DNA of 64,000 nucleotides from the NCBI GenBank assembly GCA_021775755.1, contig JAJFHE010000013.1, forward strand, positions 48,950-112,949, in the 5' to 3' direction. The DNA comes from Hyphomicrobiales bacterium (GTDB lineage: Bacteria > Pseudomonadota > Alphaproteobacteria > Rhizobiales > JAJFHB01). Under the pieces are notes generated by a model. The model did not search any database, was not told the origin of the DNA, and saw only the letters and a program-made list of their open reading frames with translations. Position numbers and translations under genes: made by a program. Each line of letters starts with the position of its first letter. Position 1 is the stretch's first letter. Of this stretch, positions 46,658-56,460 are shown one piece after another.

Positions 46658-48034
46658 ATGACCGAAACGCCCGAGATTCCCTCCAATGTTCCCACCGACC
46701 GGGAAGAGCTGCGCGCGTGGATGCGTGAGCACGAGGTCTATGAGGTTGAGTGCATCGTGCCCGATCAGGCCGGCGTTGCCAAAGGCAAGGTCATGCCGGC
46801 GGTCAAGTTCGCCGATGTGAATTCACTGTTTTTACCGGCGACGATTTTTCTGCAAACCATCACCGGCGGATATGCGGAGGTTGACGAGCCCTGGCTTGAA
46901 ACCGAAAACGATATGGTGCTGACGCCGGATATGGAGACCGTGCGCCTTGTGCCGTGGGCGAAAGAACCTTCGCTCCAGGTCATCCATGATATTTTCTGGC
47001 AGGACGGGTCGCCCGTCGAGTATGCGCCGCGCAACGTGCTGAAGCGGGTGGTGGAGAAATACACCGAACAGGGCTGGCAGCCGGTGGTGGCACCCGAGCT
47101 TGAGTTCTATCTCCTCCAGCCGAATACGGATCCAGACTACCCGGCAGAGCCGCCGGTCGGCCGTTCCGGTCGCCAGGGTATCGGGCGTCAGGCCTACAGC
47201 ATATCAGCCGTCGATGAGTTCGAAGACCTGATCGAGGACATTTACGACTTTGCCGAGGCGCAACGGCTGGAAATCGACACGATCATCCACGAAGCGGGCG
47301 CGGCCCAGCTGGAATTCAATCTGGACCACGGCGACCCGCTGATGCTCGCCGATCAGGTGTTCCTCTTCAAACGCACGATCCGCGAGGCGGCGCAGCGCAA
47401 CGGCATCTATGCGACGTTCATGGCAAAGCCCATGGAGTCCGAGCCGGGCAGCGCCATGCATCTGCACCAGAGCGTCGTCGATGCGAAGACCGGCAAGAAC
47501 ATCTTCTCCGACGCCGATGGCGAGCCGACAGAGGCGTTTTACGGTTTCATCGGGGGGCAGCAGTCGTACCTGGGTGCCGCCGCCTGTTTCATGGCGCCTT
47601 ACGTCAATTCCTACCGCCGCCTTATCCCCGGCGCGTCGGCCCCGATCAATCTGGAGTGGGGCGCCGACAACCGGTCGGCGGGCCTGCGTATTCCGACATC
47701 GGGGCCTGCCGCACGGCGCGTTGAAAACCGCGTTGCCGGTGTCGATGCCAATCCTTATCTCGCCATCGCCGCATCGCTTGCGTGCGGCTATCTCGGCATG
47801 ACGCAGGGGCTGAAACCGAGCGATCCGGTAACCGCCAGCGCTTACGACAGGGAAGCAAACCTGCCCTACGATCTGCGCGATGCGCTGGAGCGTCTCGAGG
47901 CCTGCGAGCCATTGCAGGAGGTGCTTGGCGAGAACTTCACGCGGCTCTTCGCGGCGGTGAAACGCCAGGAACATGGCGAGTTCATGCGTGTCATCAGCCC
48001 GTGGGAGCGCGAGCACCTGATGCTCAACGTCTGA
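46658..48034 (+). CDS. Glutamine synthetase-like gamma-glutamyl-amine synthetase (PuuA/GlnA3-like)
   Basis: GS beta-grasp + catalytic motifs (ELEFYLL, MAKPMESEPGSAMHLHQS, NRSAGLRIP); 458 aa. Confidence 0.7.
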   Translation: MTETPEIPSNVPTDREELRAWMREHEVYEVECIVPDQAGVAKGKVMPAVKFADVNSLFLPATIFLQTITGGYAEVDEPWLETENDMVLTPDMETVRLVPWAKEPSLQVIHDIFWQDGSPVEYAPRNVLKRVVEKYTEQGWQPVVAPELEFYLLQPNTDPDYPAEPPVGRSGRQGIGRQAYSISAVDEFEDLIEDIYDFAEAQRLEIDTIIHEAGAAQLEFNLDHGDPLMLADQVFLFKRTIREAAQRNGIYATFMAKPMESEPGSAMHLHQSVVDAKTGKNIFSDADGEPTEAFYGFIGGQQSYLGAAACFMAPYVNSYRRLIPGASAPINLEWGADNRSAGLRIPTSGPAARRVENRVAGVDANPYLAIAASLACGYLGMTQGLKPSDPVTASAYDREANLPYDLRDALERLEACEPLQEVLGENFTRLFAAVKRQEHGEFMRVISPWEREHLMLNV

Positions 48035-48044
48035 CGGTGCGGAT

Positions 48045-49352
48045 ATGGCGGGACTGCTGACATCAAACGACGTGAAGGGCGCTTATCCGCCTGCCTCCTA
48101 TTATACCGCAACCGCAAACGGTCTGGAACCGTTCGCGACGCTGCAGGGAGATACTGAATGCGATGTCTGTGTCATCGGCGGCGGGTTTACCGGGCTGTCG
48201 GCGGCATTGCATCTTGCTGGACGCGGTCTGGATACGGTGCTTCTCGATGCCCACCGGGTGGGATGGGGTGCGTCGGGCCGCAATGGCGGACAGATCGGCA
48301 CCGGTCAGCGGCGCGATCAAGATGAGCTTGAAGCGCTCATGGGCAAGGACGATGCCCGGCGCCTTTGGGACATTGCCGAAGACGCCAAACAGCTCATTCG
48401 TGACCTCGTTGAGGAGCACGGCATCGAGTGCGATTTGAAACCGGGCATCATCCACGCCGATCACCGCGAGCGTTTTGTGGCGCATTCGCACAAGTATGTG
48501 GAGAAGCTGCGGCGCGATTACGGCTACGACCAGATCGAAACGCTGTCAAAGGCGGAGATCCGCGATCATCTGACCACCGAGGCCTATCATGGCGGGTCGA
48601 TCGATATGGGCGCCATGCATGTGCACCCTCTCAATCTGGCGCTCGGTCTTGCAAAGGCGGCACAGGCGGCGGGCGTGCGCATTCATGAGCGAACGCAGGC
48701 AACGCGGGTTGAGCCTGGCACGACGTGCCGTGTCGTTACCGACGGCGGCAGTGTTTCCTCAAAGTTCGTCGTGCTCGCCTGTAACGGCTATCTCGATGAC
48801 CTGATGCCCCGAGTGGCGTCACGCACGATGCCAATCAACAATTTCGTCATTGCAACCGAGCCTCTGCCGGAAAATCTCGCGCGTGCGCTCATCCGCGACG
48901 ATACCGCGGTGTCGGATTCAAAATTCGTGGTCAACTACTACAGGCTGTCGGCTGACCGGCGCATGCTGTTCGGCGGCGGCGAGAATTACGGCTACTCGTT
49001 CCCCGCGGACATCAGGAAGTTTGTACGGCCTCACATGCTTGAGATCTATCCTCAGCTTGCGGATGTGCCGGTTGAGTATGGCTGGGGCGGAACGCTTGCG
49101 ATCACCGTCAACCGCATGCCGTATTTCGCTCGCCTGGCGCCCAATGTGCTTACCGCCGCCGGTTATTCCGGCCATGGTGTGGCGATAGCGATGATCGCCG
49201 GCAAGATCATGAGCGATGCGATTGGCGGTACGGCTGAGCGCTTCGATCTCATGGCCAACGTGCCAACCTATCCGTTCCCTGGCGGGCGCTTCCTGCGCTG
49301 GCCCCTGCTGGTGCTTGCGATGACGTACTACTCATTGCGCGACAAATTGTAA
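48045..49352 (+). CDS. FAD-dependent oxidoreductase (DAO family; gamma-glutamylputrescine oxidase PuuB-like)
   Basis: N-terminal dinucleotide fold CDVCVIGGGFTGLSAALHLAGRG; 435 aa. Confidence 0.7.
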   Translation: MAGLLTSNDVKGAYPPASYYTATANGLEPFATLQGDTECDVCVIGGGFTGLSAALHLAGRGLDTVLLDAHRVGWGASGRNGGQIGTGQRRDQDELEALMGKDDARRLWDIAEDAKQLIRDLVEEHGIECDLKPGIIHADHRERFVAHSHKYVEKLRRDYGYDQIETLSKAEIRDHLTTEAYHGGSIDMGAMHVHPLNLALGLAKAAQAAGVRIHERTQATRVEPGTTCRVVTDGGSVSSKFVVLACNGYLDDLMPRVASRTMPINNFVIATEPLPENLARALIRDDTAVSDSKFVVNYYRLSADRRMLFGGGENYGYSFPADIRKFVRPHMLEIYPQLADVPVEYGWGGTLAITVNRMPYFARLAPNVLTAAGYSGHGVAIAMIAGKIMSDAIGGTAERFDLMANVPTYPFPGGRFLRWPLLVLAMTYYSLRDKL

Positions 49353-49580
49353 GGTTCGCTTCACAGGCGTCACAATTGCCCTATATGGTGGTGACAACTC
49401 TCAATTTCCAAGGAGCGACCGATGCGTTCAAACACGTCTCGCAGCACCGCCGTCGGCGATATCGCCGAACGCGGTATCAATGCCGTATTCGTTGGTTTCA
49501 TGGCAGCCGTTTGCCGCTGGTTTGCGGTGACACCTGAAGGTTTCAAGCGCCCCGGCTCGCGCCCGAATTCGCCGCCGCCC

Positions 49581-50498
49581 TCAGGCGGTGTCTCGTCTCT
49601 CGGTTAACCCGGCGCCGTCCGACAGGACCCGCTTCACGCAGTCTTCCACGCTTGCCCGCCAATCCGGCAAGGCGATGCCGAAGGCGTTTGCCAGTTTCGA
49701 GCAGTCGAGCCTTGCGTTGGCGAGGCGTGGCGCCGATGTCGGGTAATCGTCCGACGAAATTGCCCACACGTTGGCACTGGGACCATCGGCCCTGCCGGAG
49801 ACCTCAAGCACGTGACGGGCAACGTCGCACCAGCTTGCCCCGCCGTTGCCGGCGGCATGATAGATGCCCCATTCCGCTTTGCCGGAGCTGCCCGCGATTT
49901 GTCCGGAGATGTCGAGGATGGCCGCCGCCAGATCGAGCGCCGAGGTCGGACTGCCAATCTGGTCGTCGACGACATCGATTTCGTCGCGCGTGCGGGCAAG
50001 GTCCAGAATATTGGTCACGAAGTTGCGGCCATATGGGCTGTGGATCCAGGCGGTGCGCAAGATGATGTGTTGTGGATTGGCTTTGGTCACCGCACGTTCG
50101 CCATCCAGTTTCGAGCGCCCATAGACGCTGCCCGGTGCCGGTGCATCCTCTTCGGTGTACGGCTCGGGCTTGTTGCCGTCGAACACGTAGCCGGTCGAGA
50201 GGTGAATAACGGGCACCCCTTTCTTGGCGGCGACCGCGGCGAAATCCGCCGCGCCGGTGCTGTTCAGCCGGAAAACCGCATCTTCTTCCGTTTCCGCCCG
50301 GTCAACGGCGGTGTAGGCCGCCGCGTTGATCATCACATCGGGCTCCGCCTCCACCATGGTGGAGCGGATGGTCGATGTGCGACACAGTTCAAGCGCCTGC
50401 TTGCCGATGGAGAGAGCCGTGATGTCGGCCCTCGCGGTGGCCAGTTCGACGAGCGCACGGGCGATCTGTCCGTGCCAGCCGGCGATCATCAGACGCAT
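49581..50498 (-). CDS. rfbD: dTDP-4-dehydrorhamnose reductase
   Basis: RmlD-like (MRLMIAGWHGQIARAL..., AAAYTAVD, YGRSK catalytic YxxxK); 305 aa. Confidence 0.65.
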   Translation of the reverse strand: MRLMIAGWHGQIARALVELATARADITALSIGKQALELCRTSTIRSTMVEAEPDVMINAAAYTAVDRAETEEDAVFRLNSTGAADFAAVAAKKGVPVIHLSTGYVFDGNKPEPYTEEDAPAPGSVYGRSKLDGERAVTKANPQHIILRTAWIHSPYGRNFVTNILDLARTRDEIDVVDDQIGSPTSALDLAAAILDISGQIAGSSGKAEWGIYHAAGNGGASWCDVARHVLEVSGRADGPSANVWAISSDDYPTSAPRLANARLDCSKLANAFGIALPDWRASVEDCVKRVLSDGAGLTERRDTA

Positions 50499-50525
50499 GG
50501 AAGGCGTCCCTTGCGCGAACGGGTT

Positions 50526-51350
50526 TCAGTTACTGGCGAGTGTGCCACAGATTGCCACCGGCATCGACCGACAAGCATCGTGAAACCGCATGGAAAGCTC
50601 CGGCAGTGGTTCGATTTCACGCAACAGCTTGCGCCGCATGGCAAGGGCGAAGTCCTCGTAGCGTTGCACGGACATGACAAAGCTGCGCGCGCCGGTCTGG
50701 ACGTGGCGGCGATACCAGTCGTCGAGGTCGGGCACTTCGTTCAGAACCGCCAGTCCGTTTATCGTGATGCCGCGGGCCCGCGCCATGGCACGGGCCTGTG
50801 TTGCCATGACGATGAAATCGCGCGGCGCGGTTTCCTCGCCGTCGCCCGACACATCGATGACGAGCCGCTCGGCGGTGATCCCGTTTTTGTCCATGTCGGC
50901 AATGGTTTTGGCGATGCCTTCGCCAAGCCCGGTGCCGCCGGTCAGGCGCCGTGGATAGGTTTGCACAAGATCGGCGAACTGTTCCGCGGTGGTCGCTCCG
51001 TCGACGATGAACCAGCCGGCAAAATCCTTTGGAATTTTCGCTTCCGCCCACACGACCATCGTTACGGCAATGCGCCCGAGCTGTCCGCTCTCGATGGCGG
51101 CGTGAATTTCCGGGTCGCGGAAGGCGTAGGCAATGCCGTCGAGCTGCAACCGGAACTCGGCATCATCGACGCTCGCCGAGGCATCGACCGCAAGGGCGAG
51201 TTCAAGATCGACCACGGTTTCCTGTGCGCGCGCAGGTGTCGCCGCGACCATAAGGACTGCGAACAGCACTAGGATGCAACGTATGTTCAAGGTTCCTGGG
51301 CTCCGGAGAATATGAGAGCTATTGATTGAAGTGCGTTGGCAATATTGCAT
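50526..51350 (-). CDS. DUF1194 (vWA-like) domain protein, secreted
   Basis: Signal-like CILVLFAVLMVAATPARA; LALAVDASASVDDAEF...VIDVSGDG MIDAS-like pattern; start uncertain. Confidence 0.5.
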   Translation of the reverse strand: MQYCQRTSINSSHILRSPGTLNIRCILVLFAVLMVAATPARAQETVVDLELALAVDASASVDDAEFRLQLDGIAYAFRDPEIHAAIESGQLGRIAVTMVVWAEAKIPKDFAGWFIVDGATTAEQFADLVQTYPRRLTGGTGLGEGIAKTIADMDKNGITAERLVIDVSGDGEETAPRDFIVMATQARAMARARGITINGLAVLNEVPDLDDWYRRHVQTGARSFVMSVQRYEDFALAMRRKLLREIEPLPELSMRFHDACRSMPVAICGTLASN

Positions 51351-51377
51351 GTTTCGGTAAAAGGGGTGTGGCGGACA

Positions 51378-51722
51378 ATGCGGGTCATATTGAGAATTAT
51401 GTTGTGCGTGGCGTTCGCCGTGCTTGGTTTCGCGGGCGTGGCATTCGTGACGGCATTGATGTTTGTGCCCGCTGGCAGCGGGCTTGCGGGCCCCGCCATC
51501 GTCGTCGGTTACGGCGGATTGGGTGGGCTTGTTGCGGCTGGGATTGCGGTCATCCTCGGCTTTCGGCTCGCGCCGAAGGCCCTGATGTCGGTTGCCATTG
51601 TGTCATCCGCTCTGGCGCTTTTATGTATTGCGGGTCTGACGGTGCGTGCAGTGATGTTGCATGCCGATGACGTGCGCCCGCAAACCCCGGAAACGCCGCC
51701 CGTGACGGCTCCCGTTGAATAA
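51378..51722 (+). CDS. Small hydrophobic membrane protein (hypothetical)
   Basis: Three predicted TM helices; start uncertain (51336 or 51378). Confidence 0.35.
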   Translation: MRVILRIMLCVAFAVLGFAGVAFVTALMFVPAGSGLAGPAIVVGYGGLGGLVAAGIAVILGFRLAPKALMSVAIVSSALALLCIAGLTVRAVMLHADDVRPQTPETPPVTAPVE

Positions 51723-51724
51723 AC

Positions 51725-52678
51725 TTACCGCGCCGCGCTTGGCGCACGCTTGCGGCGTGCACCGGTGAGCGCCTGATAGACGATGCCCGACATCAATATG
51801 GCGCCGCCGACCAGGGTGAGCGTTTCGGGCACTTCGGCCACCGCGAGCCACACCCAGACAGGCGCCAGCAAAGGTTCGGACAGCGACAAAAGGGTGATTT
51901 CGGTTGCCGACAGGGTGCGTGCGCCGATGGTGTAGAGGCTGAGGCCGAGGCCCAACTGGCCGAAGCCCATGATTGCGCAGATGGCGATATCGCGCCACGG
52001 CAGGGTAAGCTCCGCAACGCCCCAGGTTTCGCGCCACGGCATCGGCAAAAGCAGGCAGACGAAGCTCACTGCGGCACCGAAGAGGCCGGCATAGAAGATC
52101 GCCGGCATCATGTCGACATCGGCGCCCCAGCGCAGCATGACGGAAAAGGCCGCCGCCGCGAACGCAGCATAGAGCGCCAGTGTATTGCCGATCATGCCTC
52201 CCCCACTGATGCCGTTGACAACCATGACGCAGAGCCCGATGGCCGCCAGGGCCATGGCGACCCAGGTGTGGCCGCGCACCATTTCGCCGAGGATCCACCA
52301 GCCGAGCAGGGCAGCAAAGAACGGCACCGCGGCCAGCATAAATACCGCATTGGCGACGGTTGTGTATTCGAGGGACAGGAGGAAGCTGAAAGACGCGGTG
52401 GCGATGCACAGGCCGCCAATAGCACTCTCGACACCAGCGTTTGCCAGGACCGAGCGTAGACGGCCGCGGTTAAAAAACACAATGGCGATCGAAATCGCAA
52501 CGATCAGGAACAAAGAGCGGAAGAACATGATCTGCAGCGCATCGCCTTCCTCGACGAGACGGAACCACAGACCGCCGGTACTCCACACGATGCCGGCGCA
52601 GAGGACGAGCGCGACCGAGCCCATATAGCCGAGGCTGACGTGCGCGTGCGCACCGTAAGTGGAGGATCGGTCGGTCAT
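51725..52678 (-). CDS. DMT-superfamily (EamA-like) transporter
   Basis: 10 hydrophobic helices, duplicated EamA halves; 317 aa. Confidence 0.75.
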   Translation of the reverse strand: MTDRSSTYGAHAHVSLGYMGSVALVLCAGIVWSTGGLWFRLVEEGDALQIMFFRSLFLIVAISIAIVFFNRGRLRSVLANAGVESAIGGLCIATASFSFLLSLEYTTVANAVFMLAAVPFFAALLGWWILGEMVRGHTWVAMALAAIGLCVMVVNGISGGGMIGNTLALYAAFAAAAFSVMLRWGADVDMMPAIFYAGLFGAAVSFVCLLLPMPWRETWGVAELTLPWRDIAICAIMGFGQLGLGLSLYTIGARTLSATEITLLSLSEPLLAPVWVWLAVAEVPETLTLVGGAILMSGIVYQALTGARRKRAPSAAR

Positions 52679-52793
52679 GCCGCAAGCTTCCTGCCCGGCA
52701 GACGAACTGGCAAATGAATTAAATTCTGAGTCGGCGGGTGGTTCAGCTGCGGGTGCTGTGCGGGGCCTTGCGCGCTCGCCAGGAGCCTGAAGA

Positions 52794-54116
52794 TCAGTTC
52801 GTCCGGCGGTGCCCCACCGGCGGGAAGAACATCATATCGTTCTCTTCCGCCGCGCCGTGACAGTCGTGACAGAACTGCATGCTGGTTGAATTCTTGCCGC
52901 CCGTGATGCCGTAGAGTGTTCCGTCGGGCATGACCATGGCATACCGCCAGTCGCTGGTTGCAGGATTAAAGCCGCTCGTCATTCTTTCCATTGTTAACAG
53001 CGGGCCGTGTGCAATCGCGCCGCCATCCGTTACTGCGAAACTGTCCATGGCAATCATCGAGCCGATCGGCATGCGCCGTACGTGCTCGAATTGCCGGTAA
53101 GTGTTTTGCGCAATCCGGTTGGCAAAGACGTTGACATACCGCCCACCATGCGTTGCCGAAACGAAGGGTGCAGCCGAGATGGCGGGCCATTGGGAGTAGC
53201 GTTTTGCTGCAAGGATCCCGGCTTTTGAGTAGTTTCCGGCAAGTGCGGAAGCTATGCGCGCATAGATGTCGGCGGGCGTCTGCTGGTCCGAATTTGGCGC
53301 AGAGGCCGGCGGTTCCGGTGCAGGTTGCTGACCTGACGTTGGGGAGGACGGTGAAACAGTTGCCGTTGTGAACGAAAACTCCGTCGTAAGCAGGCTTTCT
53401 TCCATCGGGGTCTGCTGGCCTCCGGTCTGGCTGTGCACGCTCACGCGAACACGTTTGAACACCTGTTCGATCGTCAGGCCCGGTTCGCGGAGCGCCAGAG
53501 CAAGCGCGGAGGCATAAGGGGAATTGGGTCCATTGCCGTCCTGGGCGACGCTACCAGGCTCGGCGGAATACGCAACGAGCGAGCCGTGCAGACTTTCTAT
53601 GCGGGCAAGACCGCGGGTGCCGCCGCGTGTATCTGTGTAAGGATTGTCCCGGCAGGCATCGAGAATGACGATGTTGAGCTCGTTGGCGGCTTCTTCCATC
53701 TGAGCCAGGACATCGGAAACCTCGATGGCTTCGTGCTTAAGATCGACTGCGTGTTCTATCTGTGTGCCAAGCGGAATGAGATAATTTTGTCCGCGGTATT
53801 GGGCGCCGTGCCCTGCGTAGTAAAATAGCCCGACTGCATCGCGCCCGGCAGCGCGCAGTGCCTGCCCGAACCTGCTCACCGCGCGGCCCATGGCACGCTC
53901 ATCCACATCGAAGGCGGTGACGACGTCGAAGCCGACATCGCGCAGGGCGCTGGCCATGAGGCGTGCATCGTTGCCCGGATTCCTGAGACGCGCGATGTTC
54001 GTGTAGTCCGAGTTGCCGATCACCAGCGCTATGCGGGCCGCGGCCAGCGCGTTGTCCGGTGTCGCGGAGATCAATAGAGCCACCGCAAAGATCGGAGTAA
54101 GCAGGTGCCGCAACAT
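52794..54116 (-). CDS. Secreted caspase-family (peptidase C14) domain protein fused to a C-terminal cytochrome-P460-like haem-binding domain
   Basis: Signal peptide; caspase His/Cys dyad contexts YYAGHG and DACRDN; Pro/Ser-rich linker; C-terminal DWRYAMVMPDGTLYGITGG...QFCHDCHG (CxxCH) with P460-like pattern. Confidence 0.65.
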   Translation of the reverse strand: MLRHLLTPIFAVALLISATPDNALAAARIALVIGNSDYTNIARLRNPGNDARLMASALRDVGFDVVTAFDVDERAMGRAVSRFGQALRAAGRDAVGLFYYAGHGAQYRGQNYLIPLGTQIEHAVDLKHEAIEVSDVLAQMEEAANELNIVILDACRDNPYTDTRGGTRGLARIESLHGSLVAYSAEPGSVAQDGNGPNSPYASALALALREPGLTIEQVFKRVRVSVHSQTGGQQTPMEESLLTTEFSFTTATVSPSSPTSGQQPAPEPPASAPNSDQQTPADIYARIASALAGNYSKAGILAAKRYSQWPAISAAPFVSATHGGRYVNVFANRIAQNTYRQFEHVRRMPIGSMIAMDSFAVTDGGAIAHGPLLTMERMTSGFNPATSDWRYAMVMPDGTLYGITGGKNSTSMQFCHDCHGAAEENDMMFFPPVGHRRTN

Positions 54117-54419
54117 CGGTCGCCTCCGGTGTGAATATTGCGCTCACTATCTATTCGACTGGCATATGTGTCCAATAACAAACAAGTCAGGGCGAAACGT
54201 GCCGTAGCGCCGCCGATTTGCGATGCCAATGTTCTCCGATCCGATGCCGGGCTGAGTGTGTGGCTGGATAGGCTGGTTTGTCAGCACAATACCGTTGTGG
54301 ACAGTCAGCGTGTGATCGGATGTGTTACTTGTTCGATCCGGGTTTGATGACTTGGGCGACGCCGCGCTTAAGGGGCGGCATTGGTCGGCGAAATCGAATT
54401 CAATGATGCTCACAAGTGC

Positions 54420-54560
54420 TAAGGTTTCACAGCCGGTGCATTGCCCGAGCAGCACCGCTCCGATGGTTGAAACGTCGAAGAGAGCCGCAAAGAACGGCAC
54501 CACGGCCAGAATAACCACTGCACTGGCGACGGTCACGCGTCCCTTCCGCCACGCCCTTCC
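54420..54560 (-). pseudogene. Remnant fragment of a DMT/EamA transporter gene
   Basis: ~80% nt identity over ~100 nt to 52280-52440 of the intact DMT gene (VVPFFAALF vs AVPFFAALL). Confidence 0.4.
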
Positions 54561-54994
54561 GCCGCGTTTACAGCGTGCTTCGACACCGCATACCATTTGG
54601 CAGGGAACCCTTGTGAAGCCAAGGGGAAGGGCCAGTCCATGTCCAGATTCAAACTTTGCTCCGGCGCTGCCGCTATTGCCTTCTGTGCGGGAATGCTCAT
54701 GTACCCGGGGCGATGCGAATGCCGCATCAATTTGCGTTGCGGGGTTTGCCGGAGACAAGAAAAAGGAAGAGGTCTGCAGCTGCCATCCCGCATCCGACCT
54801 TTGCAAGTGGGAACGCACCTGCCAGGACAGCACTTTCTATAGCGGCGATCATGCTGAAGAGACGATCGACGCCTGGAAGAGCAACGGTTATGAGGTTTGG
54901 ATTGTCAGAAAGACAAACAGCGCCACCCGGCAACTCTGCCAGCTAGACTGATTGCCCATCGCCGATAGTTCCTGCCTTAGAGAGGACCGGGTTA

Positions 54995-55204
54995 CTACCC
55001 GTTCCATTCCGGCTTGATGACCCAGGCCACGCCTCGGCCCAGAATCGCGCACAAGAGCGCGGCGCCAATGCCGATAAAGCCGAGAAGCATGGTGGTTTCG
55101 TTGTTGTTCACTTGGCCGACAAACAGCAGTCCGGCCGCCGAAACGCCAAAGAGAACCGCTAGCAGCAGCCCCGTCCGGGCGAGAATTCCACATGTTCTGT
55201 TCAT
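54995..55204 (-). CDS. Small two-TM membrane protein (69 aa)
   Basis: LLLAVLFGVSAAGLLFVGQ and LLGFIGIGAALLCAILG helices; start at ATG (RC 55204) inside ORF 54995..55423. Confidence 0.4.
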   Translation of the reverse strand: MNRTCGILARTGLLLAVLFGVSAAGLLFVGQVNNNETTMLLGFIGIGAALLCAILGRGVAWVIKPEWNG

Positions 55205-55333
55205 GCGGCGGAACATGCCAGTGAAGGGGGCGGAGCGCAAGTGCGATGCGACGCGGCGCTCAAAATTCCGATGGCCTGATGGCTCTGGACCTGAACTGTA
55301 ACTGATGATGCTCTGTTTGGACCTGAAGCGCCC

Positions 55334-55370
55334 AAAAAAAGGGCCCGCCTGGCTGAGTGCCGGGCGGGCC
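55334..55370 (-). terminator. Rho-independent terminator of the homocysteine methyltransferase gene
   Basis: GGCCCGCCCGGCA-ctcagc-CAGGCGGGCCC hairpin followed by TTTTTTTGGG on the minus strand. Confidence 0.8.
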
Positions 55371-55401
55371 AAGTACTGGGAACTTTTGGGAGGAAAATCT
55401 G

Positions 55402-56343
55402 TCAGGCGGCGCAGGCCAGGCATGCCTGTTCGACATGCCTGTGATCGGTGCCGCAGCAGCCGCCGATGATATTGATGTGTCCGAGGCGGTTGCGGATGTC
55501 ACGGTGATGGGCGCCAAATTCTTCCGGGTCGCCGTCATCGAGCTCTTCCGCCTCGTCTAGCTCGGCATGGCTCATTCGGGATGCATTGGAGCGGATACCG
55601 CGCACGCGGTTCACCCAGTCCTCGCGGGCATCGAGCGCATCCTGGAAGTGCGTCGTGTGGGCGCAATTGATCATAAAGTAGGCGGGCGCTGAATTCGTCG
55701 CCGCATCGACTTCCGCGATGGCGTCCTTGAGACTCTGACCGGTCGGCAGACAACCGTCCGTCTCGGTGGTGAAGCCGATGACGACGGGGAGCCCGGCCTT
55801 GCGGGCGGCACGAACGATGCCGATGGCTTCCGGCGTATTGGTGAGCGTCGCGGCGGTGATCATGTCGACATCCGTTTGCGCGAACGTCGCGACCTGCGTG
55901 GCGTGGTAGTTCTCTGCTTCGCCGGGGTTCATCAGGTCGCCTGGGTCGTAACCGTCTCCGCGCGGGCCGATGTTGCCCGAGATCACCATGGGCGTCATTG
56001 GCGTTTCGTGACGCGTGCGGATGTCGCTCAGCATGGCAATCGCGCGGCGGTTGAGCGCATCGAGTTCTGAGCCTGAGTATCCCAGGCGCTTTGCCCAGTC
56101 GGGGCTGGCGCGCCAGGTGGCGCTTTCGAGCACGAAGCCGACCTGGTTCTCCACCGCAATGCGCACATAGGTCTCGAAGTAACGGCGCAGAAGTGCGGTG
56201 CCGGTATCGTCTTTCAGGAGATCGAACGAGGCAAAGTGCGGCAGTTCAAGGCCATCGTGAAACAACAAGGTGGTCTCGATGCCACCGTCGGTGATGAAAA
56301 ACGTGTCGGAGAGCTGTGGCAGGTCGTGTCGGTACTTGCTCAT
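55402..56343 (-). CDS. Homocysteine S-methyltransferase family protein (MmuM-like)
   Basis: FITDGGIETTL... and Zn-binding CAHT...GGCCGT motifs; RBS GAGGAG before ATG at RC 56343. Confidence 0.75.
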   Translation of the reverse strand: MSKYRHDLPQLSDTFFITDGGIETTLLFHDGLELPHFASFDLLKDDTGTALLRRYFETYVRIAVENQVGFVLESATWRASPDWAKRLGYSGSELDALNRRAIAMLSDIRTRHETPMTPMVISGNIGPRGDGYDPGDLMNPGEAENYHATQVATFAQTDVDMITAATLTNTPEAIGIVRAARKAGLPVVIGFTTETDGCLPTGQSLKDAIAEVDAATNSAPAYFMINCAHTTHFQDALDAREDWVNRVRGIRSNASRMSHAELDEAEELDDGDPEEFGAHHRDIRNRLGHINIIGGCCGTDHRHVEQACLACAA

Positions 56344-56460
56344 CGGAAACTCCTCGCGGCGCGGGTGCAAGGCGACTGTGCCTTGGCGCGACAGCTGGAG
56401 AAGTAAGCGCGATCTGTTTCAGGCGCATTTCAGGTTACGGGCAACAGTGTTTCAATTGTT

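Noticed and set aside
49812-51272. 486-aa plus-strand ORF spanning rmlD and the DUF1194 gene on the opposite strand
   Set aside because: Crosses two independent minus-strand genes; no domain; GC artefact.
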